Assembly (NCBI RefSeq): GCF_001194135.2
Contig: NC_068989.1
Location: 8,013,910-8,077,909, forward strand
Direction: 5' to 3'
DNA: 64,000 bases
From: Octopus bimaculoides
Taxonomy: Eukaryota
Shown here: positions 24,908 to 36,700 of the stretch, piece by piece
How positions within the stretch are numbered: position 1 is the stretch's first letter
Layout: each line of letters begins with the position of its first letter
Program-made: the position numbers and the translations under genes
The notes under the pieces: generated by a model
Databases searched by the model: none
Seen by the model: the letters and a program-made list of their open reading frames with translations, nothing else
Told to the model about the DNA's origin: nothing

Positions 24908-25135
24908 GATTAGGGCGGCGAGCTGGCAGGATTGTTAGCACGCCGGGCGAACTGCTTAGCGGTATTTCGCCCGTCTCTAAGATCTGAGTTCAAATTCCAC
25001 CGAGATCGACTTTACCTTTTATCCTTTCGGAGTCGATAAATTAAGTACCAGTTGAGTACTGGAGTCGATGTAATCAGCTATCTCCCTCCCACAAATTTCA
25101 GGCCTTTTGCCTATAACAAAAAGGATTATTGTTAT
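23618..25135 (+). mobile_element. Array of four same-orientation family B SINEs separated by (ATT)n, with other inserts
   Basis: Copies lie at about 23618-23835, 24351-24570, 24633-24850 and 24912-25130. Two different tail types are present. Confidence 0.9.
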
Positions 25136-27340
25136 TATTGTCATTATTTGAGGAGTTAGTAACCGGAGGACAATATAGATTTCAGGATAGCCTGATATTT
25201 AAGTACATTATTATTCTTTCACAATTTTAAGCGAGGATTTCAAATTTCTGTTTGTTATTGAAAATATGTTTCTCTTAAACCCACAAACAAGACTTACCTT
25301 CTAAGCTACAGATATACACGCATACATAAATGCTTGCCTAAGTATATATATATATATNNNNNNNNNNNNNNNNNNNNNNNNNNNNNNNNNNNNNNNNNNN
25401 NNNNNNNNNNNNNNNNNNNNNNNNNNNNNNNNNNNNNNNNNNNNNNNNNNNNNNNNNNNNNNNNNNNNNNNNNNNNNNNNNNNNNNNNNNNNNNNNNNNN
25501 NNNNNNNNNNNNNNNNNNNNNNNNNNNNNNNNNNNNNNNNNNNNNNNNNNNNNNNNNNNNNNNNNNNNNNNNNNNNNNNNNNNNNNNNNNNNNNNNNNNN
25601 NNNNNNNNNNNNNNNNNNNNNNNNNNNNNNNNNNNNNNNNNNNNNNNNNNNNNNNNNNNNNNNNNNNNNNNNNNNNNNNNNNNNNNNNNNNNNNNNNNNN
25701 NNNNNNNNNNNNNNNNNNNNNNNNNNNNNNNNNNNNNNNNNNNNNNNNNNNNNNNNNNNNNNNNNNNNNNNNNNNNNNNNNNNNNNNNNNNNNNNNNNNN
25801 NNNNNNNNNNNNNNNNNNNNNNNNNNNNNNNNNNNNNNNNNNNNNNNNNNNNNNNNNNNNNNNNNNNNNNNNNNNNNNNNNNNNNNNNNNNNNNNNNNNN
25901 NNNNNNNNNNNNNNNNNNNNNNNNNNNNNNNNNNNNNNNNNNNNNNNNNNNNNNNNNNNNNNAAGTGCATGTGTGTGTGTGCGTGTGTGTTGTGTTAGTC
26001 CCGTAACTTAGCGGTCCGGCAAGAAAGAGACGATAGAATAAGTACCAGGTTTAAAAAAAATATTAAGTCATTGGGGCGATTCATTCGAGTAAAACCCTTT
26101 AAGGCGGTGCCCCAGCATGACCGCAGTCTAATGACTGAAACAAGTAAAAGATAAAAGAAAACAAAAGATGGAAGATCGTTATCCTGGTTATCAACGTCAT
26201 CGTGGTAATCATCGTCTTCCCCATCGTCGTTTAGTCATCGTTTTCGTTGTTGTCACAGTTTTCGAGGTCGTTATTGTTATCATTTTATTTGCATTACACT
26301 AAATACTCATATTAAGATCATATAACTTGTAAGCGGAGTATAAATAGGCCTTAATCAGTATAGTCCAAGAAGAGAAAGGTGGAAACTACGAATAAAGTAG
26401 TCCTCCAAAGAGTTCCATTAGAAAATTATTGAATCCACACCATGTTAAAACTAAAGTTGTTCACTGTTTTTTTTTCTTACGTAATAAACCTTACGTCTGT
26501 ACTGTTTTGTTACCAGAGTTAGAATAGATTTTATGAATTATTTAAGAACTTGAACAGACGTACCTCAGCATAATACTGCTGTTAAATTTATCATTCCCTT
26601 TGGTGATTAGAAATCAATAGTCGAATGATCTGGGTGAAATTTTAATTGAGAAATCGTAACAAACTTGCAGATGTATGAGGATACAAACGGGTTTTAAATA
26701 TCTTACCGTGGTACTTGGGAGTTTATACTCAACAAAATTCGATTTATGCTTAATTCAAGTTACTTTAGATAAAATCACAACTAGATCATCTCACCTCTGT
26801 TCGAACTAACTATTCTATATACGTTCAGGTCAACACATCGACATTTGAAATTTCGCTGTTGTAGTTATTAACTTTCATGAAGGCTGAAAGCTGACAGAAT
26901 CGTCAGAGCATCATCAGAAAAATTTCCTTGAGATATTTAATTGGCTCATTATGTTCTGTGTTCAAATCCTACCGTGGTCAGCGTTTCCTTTTACTCCCTG
27001 GGAGCTCATAAAATAAAGTACCAGTCTAGTACTGATCAATGTAATCGATTAACTTTCTTCACTTTAAAATTTCTGGCTTTGTGTCTAAATTAGAAACCGT
27101 TATTAGTCTTCAAATTTTTTTTTCTGGTTACTTTTGAAAATAATGAACAAATATAGGAATATAAATTTATATTATTCTTTGATCTTGGCAAAAAAAGAAT
27201 GAGATGGTATGTCTAGAATTGGTAAGAACTGAAGTTTATAAATTTAGATAATTTCGATTCGTAATATCACACCCACCCAACCCAGCCTTTTATCTCTGTC
27301 TACTGTTTGAAGAGACGAAATCGTTGGCTGTTGAAAACAT

Positions 27341-28219
27341 CTATTCCATCTGATAGGCAGAGAATTCTGAAATAAAGAAATACAAAACATGGGTCATTAG
27401 TTTTGGAAAGGATTCAGTTTTTTTATGACATGAATTGTCCCGTTTGCAATATGGTAAACATTTATATTTGGTGAGAATGTCACTTTTGTTATTCTTGCAT
27501 TGTCTGGCAGAGGGCAGGTTGCTAAGACACCGTTTCATGATGTTCAGCACACTGGGGAAGGATATTTTGCTATAGATCTGTTTGTACTTGGACACAGCGT
27601 GCTTGTAGAGATATGCAGAAGTCAAGAGGTAATCATTGGTAACCAGAAGAAAATGAGTATAAGACGAGTCATTTTCATAAATATCGTTGTTTAAGCTGAC
27701 TATACCAAACGTACAAATCCCTTCTTTCAAGAACGTAATATAATACAGGAGGTGAGATTCAGCCCAATGGGATTTAGTAAACGTTTCACTGTCCTTACGG
27801 AACCTTACAGCTTCAGACATAACCTCATTGATTCTTTTGTGTCCCAAAGTAGTTATATACAAACCAACTATCGTGCGGAGAGACACTGTATGCGTCAGCA
27901 CAGGAGTTGGAAGGATGGTAAACCAGTTGTGCCCGTTCGGTTTCAGCTTTCCCGAAAGAACGTCCGGGTAGTTGAATTCTCTGTCGAAGATAAATTTATT
28001 TCGATATAAAATACTTCCCCATAACGATTTAGATATCTTAGCATGTTTCGTCGACCGTTCTTTTCGAATATGTCTGTTGACCTTCAGGTTATTGTTTGGT
28101 ATGTTCAAGTGTTCTTCCTTCATAGACGTCTTGTTGGGTTGGTGTTGCAGCTGTTCGTTTTCCACCAAGGTGGAGCTTACCAGACCGAACGTAAGTACGG
28201 TGATCAATAGCACATACAT
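27341..28219 (-). CDS. Secreted pre-pro-protein, 292 aa, candidate highly divergent lipocalin-fold protein
   Basis: An uninterrupted, non-repetitive 879-nt ORF lies in AT-rich DNA. It has an N-terminal hydrophobic signal (MYVLLITVLTFGLVSS), a basic RHIRKER site, six Cys and three N-x-S/T sequons. A branch point, pyrimidine tract and CAG acceptor lie 14 nt before the ATG. The confidence value refers to this being a real CDS; the lipocalin assignment is less certain (about 0.45). Confidence 0.8.
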   Translation of the reverse strand: MYVLLITVLTFGLVSSTLVENEQLQHQPNKTSMKEEHLNIPNNNLKVNRHIRKERSTKHAKISKSLWGSILYRNKFIFDREFNYPDVLSGKLKPNGHNWFTILPTPVLTHTVSLRTIVGLYITTLGHKRINEVMSEAVRFRKDSETFTKSHWAESHLLYYITFLKEGICTFGIVSLNNDIYENDSSYTHFLLVTNDYLLTSAYLYKHAVSKYKQIYSKISFPSVLNIMKRCLSNLPSARQCKNNKSDILTKYKCLPYCKRDNSCHKKTESFPKLMTHVLYFFISEFSAYQME

Positions 28220-28233
28220 TTTACGGCGCTCAT

Positions 28234-28260
28234 CTGAAAAATTGCAAAATATCAGAAAAC
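28234..28260 (-). promoter_or_regulatory. 3' splice site ahead of the secreted-protein exon
   Basis: The minus strand reads gttttctgatattttgcaatttttcag|ATGAGCGCC, with a CTGAT branch-like motif, a T-tract and CAG at 28236-28234. Confidence 0.6.
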
Positions 28261-28619
28261 CAAGATTAAATTAGTAACTGCATTTACTACGCGCCATATT
28301 AACAAAAGCAACAAGAACAACAACAACGGCTTCAGCCTACGAGTAAAGGTGCGTCATCTGGGAATCGAAATCAAGTCTGGGCTCTTAACTTTAAGGAAAT
28401 GGTAGATGTTTCTTTTGTATAGAGGATCGGGGTAACGCATTTAATAGGGAAAAGAAGGTGATGCCATGATATACAGTCTCCATGCTCCACCATGATATAC
28501 AAAAAGGAGTTGGTTGAAATAATTTAGATTACAACAAAGGAAATATTCATTTTTGATTGGTTTGAGGAGGAAAGAATACACTGTGTAAGCTTTCTCGGCT
28601 CTCCAAGATTGGGCGATAA

Positions 28620-28800
28620 TAATAATTTGAAATTTTAGCACAAGGTCAGCAATTTTAGGGATTACGTTGAGTACTGTGTCCAACTGGTACTTATTTTATC
28701 AACCTCGAAGGGAAAAATCGACCTTGCCGGCACTCAAACTCGGAACGCAAAGAGCCGGAAGAAGTGCCGCTAAGCATTTTGTCCGGTGGGGTAACGATTC
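28620..28800 (-). mobile_element. SINE family B copy
   Basis: Reverse-complement match to the family B head, body and aaatttgaaatt tail. Confidence 0.75.
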
Positions 28801-28929
28801 TATTAGATTGAGCGACAGTAATAGTATAGTAATGTACTGTTACAAAAGGCACACCTGATAACACTTTTCGACAGGCAGCATAATTTGTTCTACGAAGGTG
28901 TTACTTTGGGGCACATCTAGGCCTTAGGT

Positions 28930-29151
28930 CATTGGTTCTCAATCATTTTCCACTTACGGAATTAAATATAAGGAATTATATAAGGAGTTGTTAAAATATT
29001 TTGTGTATTGGCGGTGTCCCGGTGTGGCCATAGCCTTTAGGCGGAAACATAAAAGAATTGTAGAACTATATAACCAATTTATGGCACATAAATTTTATCA
29101 GCAAAATCGTGGATTCCTAAGGGTCAAATGGGCCCCGGTTGGGAACCATTG
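28930..29151. mobile_element. hAT (Charlie-like) MITE
   Basis: The ends cattggttctcaa and ttgggaaccattg form TIRs. The flanks ccttaggt and ctttagac resemble a degenerate nTCTAGAn-type 8-bp TSD. Confidence 0.6.
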
Positions 29152-30838
29152 CTTTAGACTCTTAACCAGAAATCGACTTTTGTCTTCTGATATCTAAATA
29201 TTCCTTTCTAATGATATTTAATAAACTCAATCCCAATGGCTTCTGCTCATTAGGATCTCCATAATAGTTTCTATCCAATAAACTCTCTCAAATGGATTCT
29301 AATTAGTGAGGCCTACCCAAATGGTTTGTTGAAATTATTGAATAAATTCTACCCAATGGCTTTCATCCTCAGATTCTACAAAAATGGAATAAACCTATTA
29401 GAATAGAATGAGCGCTCCCTCCAATAACTCATATCAAATGATATTTGGCTAATGAATTTTATATAATGACCAATACTCAACGACTTCACTCCAATATCCT
29501 CTACCTTTGGATTCTATCGAATGGTATCCAAAGATTCATGTTGTCTTTCAATAATTTTTCTTAATATGCTTTTAGCATTGCTTTAAAACAAATTAAGCTT
29601 TATAACCAATCAAGGTGAACACAAAGTTTGACAATTAATTTTGTGTATCATTCGGCTTCCATAGGATCAGGCAAGGCTGTGTGGTTGAGAAAATTGCTTC
29701 GTAATCATGTGGTTTATAATTACAGGCTTATAGCTCGTTAGAGTAAACTATAATTAATTCGTAACTATGCGGTATCAGGTTGATTTATAGCTAGTTTGAT
29801 ACAAAACTCTGAAGTCACTGCATGAAGCCATTGCCCTTAATCGATCAAAGCCATATGAATGAAATCTGGGAAAAAGAAACCATGTGTTAGAGGGCAGGCT
29901 TTATCTATTTCTTGTTTAATGCCCCGAAGTTTGGTAGCTGGGCAGCTTTAGCGGAGTCTGCTCTGTTGCAAACATTCAGGTTAGGTCACGCGTCTGATAT
30001 CTTTCTCTCTTTCTCTCTTTCTCCCACGAGTTATATATACTTATGTCTTTAATAATTTCAATAATTTTCCCCTGTTGTCACAACCACTTTGAGCTGATTT
30101 CAGCTGCCATTCCTATCGCTTTGGTGGGGCTCTACAGTTGTCCAGGCATCTGACCAATTTTCTGCACGAAATAGTGGAAAGCTAACTTCAATAAGGAATG
30201 AGATGTGTGCCATCTCTTCACAAGGGTCTCATCGATCAAGTCCTGATTTTTTTTTAGCTAGATATGTCGAGTTTATTCTCCAAAAGTACTGTAAGTTCAA
30301 CCACGATTCATGTTTTCTAGGATTTATTAATCAATTTCCATCATAACATTTTTGCATAATAAATGATAACCCCCTCCCATTTTACTCAAAGGTCTAATCT
30401 ATAAATTGATAGCATCGAGTGATTCTATGCAAGCAGCAGTAGTACAGTAAAACTGATAAGTTCTTCACTAGCTTGAAAGTCTGATTTTTCAACTACTCCA
30501 TAGAAGTCGATTGTAGAGGGTTGTAAAAGTTTCCTCGGTACATTCCACGAAGACAAGCATCTGTGGTTCCAAAATTAACAAACAAATTATACCGCTCTAA
30601 CAATACGATGACCAGGACGAAAAAAAAAATAAAATAAAATAAAAGTCACCGCCAATGTCACACATGACCTCTGTTTAGTATCTTATGTCTATATTGTTTC
30701 CAATGAGTGCATCGCTTGCACTGGTAGCATTTTGTAATGAATATTGTATCAATGTATAAACCCGTTCGCAGACGCAACAGTTTGCTGCAGCATTGTGTAA
30801 TGAATACAACAGCAACAACAACGACCCTCCCCACCCAT

Positions 30839-30905
<67 letters not shown>

Positions 30906-32682
30906 GCTACTACTACAAATTCTGTAGACCGTGAGTTTATTCTTTCAAGTCTACAATTGCTTGTTGCACTATACGGCGGATTCAGTTACTGCATACAACT
31001 AATTTAACTGAACACCATGTTGTCCGTGGGTTTCCACTTTCACAACAACACAATGTAATGGATAGCACATCTGTTCAGTTCGTGTACACTGTATGGTAAA
31101 ATGCATAATTAAGTTCGGTCCCTGTTTTATTTAAGTGCTGTTGCGTCGTACTCCGTGTAAAGTTTTATAAGTTTAACCATGCAGGCACGTGTGTTTACTA
31201 TACTGGCATTGAAATTGATTCTAATAACAATTGCCATCGCGTGTTGCGCCAGCTGCTGCTTACAGTGCCCTCTACTGACTTGTATTTCAATCTTCCAAAT
31301 GTTTTCTCTCAACAAACACCGGGTAGATTTACGTAAACAACGGGTTATTTGAAATCGTTGTGTAGTGTAAACAGTGTAAAATGAAATATGTACTTGTCGA
31401 TTTCAGATGTTAATTGCCTAATCAGACTTAACTTTAATGAACTATCGGACAACGTTTACTCATCATTGATATTTTGACTCCAGAACCATTAGCACGCCGG
31501 GCTAAAGGCTATGATGATCTCCAGCTACTTCTGCTCGTGATCAGAGATGCTCATATCGTCAGCCACCAAGTGACATGCTCAACTGGTTAAGGTCAAACAA
31601 CTGACAAGCAAATCTGTGGTATTAAGCAGAATACTCTCTTGCTTCTTTGATGAGAAGCCATAACTTTTCAAAATTATTTAAATAATGATTAACATAAACA
31701 ATTGCTAAAAAGACTATGAGAACAAATGTAAATATAAATGTGTAATTTCAGTAAAGAGACTATAAATTTTCGAAGCAAATGACCTTCAGACAAATGTTCT
31801 TTTTCGGACTAATCTTCAATGAAATATCTATACTACTGGGCAGTTGACGACTACGATAGTTCACCGTTTTCTTTTCTTTACCCCCAAACTACAACAGATG
31901 TATTATTTGCATTTAGTAATAGTTTGATGATAATATTTCACTGAGATTGTTATGTTGGAATGTATGAATATATTTAAAGAACGTCACAAATATTTTCTAA
32001 TAGTTATTCCAGAGCAGCCGCATCTACGGTTGGCATTGTACATTGTTTTAGCAACAACATCATGCTGAGCAAGACAGTAATATCATCATGACATTTTTGG
32101 ACAGTTGCTAACTTTACCAGTATTTTAGGTCGCATCTAACGGTTTTAAAAGCGTCACTCTATCCTTTGTTCAACAGATATTTTGTAGCTATTTCTTCCTC
32201 TTGGATGGCAAAAACACATCCTTGGAAATTAGAAATGGTTTAACGGTCTCGATTTAATATTAACCATAACTACTTTCAATGCTAACTCCATTTAGAAATT
32301 AGTGCTAAACATGATTGTCTTTAACATTTTGTAATTATCCTGAGTGTTTCGCGCCAAGAGCTGTATTAAAATCAAGCCATTAGTAGTTCTGTGATTACAT
32401 AGGATATTTTTTGGGACTGGAGGTTGGTTGAAGAAGAGTTCAGCAGGGTTACTAACAGTGACGGCCGTTTGTTTGGATTACGAAATATAAATGTCGTTAA
32501 AGCTGCTTAGCTGTAGTGTTATCCTGGTTACTTAATTCTAGATTAAGAGTACGTATGATAAAAATCATGTTCAGCCAGGGGCTAAAGTAGAAAACATTTC
32601 CCTAGGATGCCGTACAGTGGGATTGAACCCGAAACTACGTGGTTGCTCAGCGACCTTACAGATATATATATATAAATGTGTG

Positions 32683-32756
<74 letters not shown>

Positions 32757-34039
32757 TATGTACGTGTATGCATAAAAGCATATTTAGAAAACTTGTACAC
32801 GTATATTGTTTTATTTTGTGATGGTCATTTTGCCAGTTAAAATACACGCACCGTTTGCAGTTCAGTTTTATTATTACTTCTAATTAATTTCTCCATTTCT
32901 CTCGAGATACGGAGAAGTCACTGAAAAAGTAACAGTTGTGTGACGAAAGACAGTGAAATGATATAAAACTGAACTATACACGTCGGCTCTATTTTACAGG
33001 TAAAATAGGGTAATACCTGTTTCAGTTTCAAGAATCCCTAGAAACATATGCAATAAACGAATATACATACATACATACATACATGCACACACACACACAC
33101 TCACAATTGAAATTTATATATATATATAGTCAATTCAATAATATATATATGTATATATGTATGTATATANNNNNNNNNNNNNNNNNNNNNNNNNNNNNNN
33201 NNNNNNNNNNNNNNNNNNNNNNNNNNNNNNNNNNNNNNNNNNNNNNNNNNNNNNNNNNNNNNNNNNNNNNNNNNNNNNNNNNNNNNNNNNNNNNNNNNNN
33301 NNNNNNNNNNNNNNNNNNNNNNNNNNNNNNNNNNNNNNNNNNNNNNNNNNNNNNNNNNNNNNNNNNNNNNNNNNNNNNNNNNNNNNNNNNNNNNNNNNNN
33401 NNNNNNNNNNNNNNNNNNNNNNNNNNNNNNNNNNNNNNNNNNNNNNNNNNNNNNNNNNNNNNNNNNNNNNNNNNNNNNNNNNNNNNNNNNNNNNNNNNNN
33501 NNNNTGTTACAAATTCCGCCGAGGTTGACCTATTCTTTAAGCCTTTGAAGAATAAATCGACACCATTACTTATTTTTTAAAGACCGGTACTTGTTCTATC
33601 TGTCTTTTTTGCCGAACACCTAAGTTACCGGACGTAAACTAACGAAAGCCTGTTTTCAAGAGGTAGCGAGAGGAACAAACAGAAACGCAAACACACATAT
33701 ATACGTACATATACGGTGAACTTCTTTCAGTTTCCCCTCAACCAAATGCCATCACGTGGCTTTGGTCAGTCCGGGGCTATAGTAGAAGAAAGTTCCCCAA
33801 GGTGTCCCCAATGTGTCCTGCGCAAGAACTGAACTCAAGGCCACACCACTAGGAAGCAACTTTCTTCTTCACACAACCGCACCTGCTCCTATCGTCGCCA
33901 TTTTTTGTTTTAATGACGGGAGGGATGATTCGATGAATAATTGGCTACTACTTCTAACATGTCGAGCGACCTTACTAAGGTTCACTCCTTTAACATTAAT
34001 TTCTGTTGCGTTATGATGTCGACAATATAGTTTTCACTG

Positions 34040-34524
34040 AGGGCGGCGAGTTGGTAGAAACGTTAGCACGCTGGGCGAAATGCTTAGCGACATTTCGTCT
34101 GCCGTAACGTTCTGAGTTCAAATTCCGCCTAGGCCGATTTGCCTTTCATCCTTTCGGGGTCGATAAATTAAGTACCAGTTACGCACTGGTGTCGATATAA
34201 TCGACTTAATCCATTTGTCTGTCCTTGTTTGTCTCCTCTATGCTTAGCCCCCGTTGGGCAATAAAGAAATAAATATTTAATTGGTACTTTATTTTGGAGG
34301 TGAGTTGGCAGAAACGTTAGCACGTCGGGCGAAATGCTTAGTGGTATTTCGTCTGCTGTTACGTTCTGAGTTCAAATTCCGCCGAGGTCGACTTTGCCTT
34401 TCATCCTTTCGGGGTCGATAAATAAACTACTAATTACGCACTGGGGTCGATATAATCGACTTAATCCCTTTGTTTGTTCCCTCTATGTTTAGCTCCTTGT
34501 GGGCGATAAAGAAATAAGAAACGT
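34040..34524 (+). mobile_element. Two tandem family B SINEs with a third tail type (...aataaagaaata)
   Basis: Copies lie at about 34040-34270 and 34297-34524. The head and body are family B, and the tail lacks (ATT)n. Confidence 0.85.
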
Positions 34525-35155
34525 NNNNNNNNNNNNNNNNNNNNNNNNNNNNNNNNNNNNNNNNNNNNNNNNNNNNNNNNNNNNNNNNNNNNNNNNNNNN
34601 NNNNNNNNNNNNNNNNNNNNNNNNNNNNNNNNNNNNNNNNNNNNNNNNNNNNNNNNNNNNNNNNNNNNNNNNNNNNNNNNNNNNNNNNNNNNNNNNNNNN
34701 NNNNNNNNNNNNNNNNNNNNNNNNNNNNNNNNNNNNNNNNNNNNNNNNNNNNNNNNNNNNNNNNNNNNNNNNNNNNNNNNNNNNNNNNNNNNNNNNNNNN
34801 NNNNNNNNNNNNNNNNNNNNNNNNNNNNNNNNNNNNNNNNNNNNNNNNNNNNNNNNNNNNNNNNNNNNNNNNNNNNNNNNNNNNNNNNNNNNNNNNNNNN
34901 NNNNNNNNNNNNNNNNNNNNNNNNNNNNNNNNNNNNNNNNNNNNNNNNNNNNNNNNNNNNNNNNNNNNNNNNNNNNNNNNNNNNNNNNNNNNNNNNNNNN
35001 NNNNNNNNNNNNNNNNNNNNNNNNNNNNNNNNNNNNNNNNNNNNNNNNNNNNNNNNNNNNNNNNNNNNNNNCTGCAATCGCTGAGTATGCATGTATTTTG
35101 TGAAGTGTATGTGTGTGCATGTGTGCATGTGTGTGTGTGTGTGCGTGTGCGTGCA

Positions 35156-35189
<34 letters not shown>

Positions 35190-35478
35190 TGTGTAACATG
35201 CGTTATTTATCATAACGTAAGAGTTGGGTAGTGTGGAGATACATACATATGTATATATATGAATGCTTAGTATGTGTATACGTAGATATACCCATGTATA
35301 CATAAATACACGCACGCACATACAAATATACTACTATGTATATATAGATCTACATATATATATATGTATGTACATACAATCATGTTTATACATCGATATA
35401 TATTATATACACTTACACACATATGTATGCATACAAATGTATGTGCTCATAGTTCGACCTCTCCCTCTCTTTGTCTCT

Positions 35479-35522
<44 letters not shown>

Positions 35523-35653
35523 ACACATGAGTGTGTGAGTGTGTGTGCCCTATAATGTATTTACAATTCTGATGATTATGTATATGTAGTTGTTTACGTA
35601 TCCATTGAGTATGAATGTCTCTGTCTTTTGTGTATGTGTGTGTGTGCGTGTGC

Positions 35654-35685
<32 letters not shown>

Positions 35686-36283
35686 AATATGCGGATGTAT
35701 ATGTGTAGACACGTGATTTATGAAACTCAATGATGTGTTTGAGTTTCTAATTTGTGTGCAAGTATGCATATTTTTTTTGTGCACACAAAAATGATGAAAA
35801 ACAAAGCTGATGTAAACAAAATTTGAACTCAACGCGGAGGAACTCAGAACAAATAGCAAGAAGCATCGTATTCGATACTCTAAAGTTTCTACCAGTTCTA
35901 CGAAGACTGTTGTGAAAGTAGCCGAAGTTATACAGAACAATTTGCCTGGAGTTACGTCCTCAAAAATGACTTTTCAATTTTTTACAGATTAGGAGGAAAA
36001 ACCAAACAAAAATCAACAAAAGGAAAGGCGAAAACAAAAACGCAACAAACCGTCTGTCGGCTGTATGAATAAAATAGAATTAACTGTCCTGGAACGTATT
36101 CCAAACAAAGTTAAATTATTCCACGGCAAAAAAATTACGCTTCTGATCAATATTTAATAAGCATAAAAGCGATGTGATAATTGCATTTTATTTTCAAAAG
36201 TGTGAACACAGCGCAATTAGCACAACTCAAATATTTTCCTGAAAAACAGATATATCTATTAATAACGATGAAACCGCGTATCG

Positions 36284-36368
<85 letters not shown>

Positions 36369-36394
36369 TTACTACTACTACTATGTTTTTGTTG

Positions 36395-36700
36395 TTGTTG
36401 GCAGTCCGTCAGTTACGACGACGAGGGTTCCAGTTGATCCGATCAACGGAACAGCCTGCTCGTAAAATTACCGTGCAAGTGGCTGAGCACTCCACAGACA
36501 CGCGTACCCTTAACGTAGTTCTCGGGGATATTCAGCGTGACACAGTGTGAGAAGGCTGGCCCTTTGAAATACAGGCACAACAGAAACAGGAAGTAAGAGT
36601 GAGAGAAAGTTGTCGTGAAAGAGTACAGCAAAGTTCGTCACCATCTCCTGCCGGAGCCTCGTGGAACTTTAGGCGTTTTCGCTCAACACTCACAACGTCC
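36395..36700 (-). mobile_element. SINE family C2 (same 3' tail as C1, different head and body)
   Basis: It shares the tail ...gttccgttgatcggatcaactggaaccctcgtcgtcgtaac with C1, and its body matches 37760-37860. Confidence 0.8.

Noticed and set aside
22987-25135. Repeat-spacer-like periodicity suggesting a CRISPR-type array
   Set aside because: The context is eukaryotic, the units are SINEs of about 220 bp separated by microsatellites, and there are no cas genes.
27341-28219. AID/APOBEC-like (SNAD) deaminase reading of the 292-aa protein (HWAESHLL)
   Set aside because: The motif is H-W-A-E rather than H-x-E, and there is no downstream PCxxC. The lipocalin motif series fits order and spacing better.
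27341-28219. Cholera/pierisin-type ADP-ribosyltransferase reading (LYR...SGKLKPNG, YITT, YEND)
   Set aside because: There is no true STS motif and no Q/E-x-E catalytic motif. The resemblance is partial and could be chance, so only a structure search could revive it.
27500-28274. Plus-strand ORFs (64, 85 and 100 aa) overlapping the 292-aa ORF
   Set aside because: They are antisense shadows of the real coding sequence.
28330-28400. tRNA-like 3' half on the minus strand (ttcgattcccagatgacgca)
   Set aside because: There is no D-arm or acceptor pairing, so it is a decayed tRNA or SINE remnant. No intact tRNA gene was found; all tRNA-like heads belong to SINEs.
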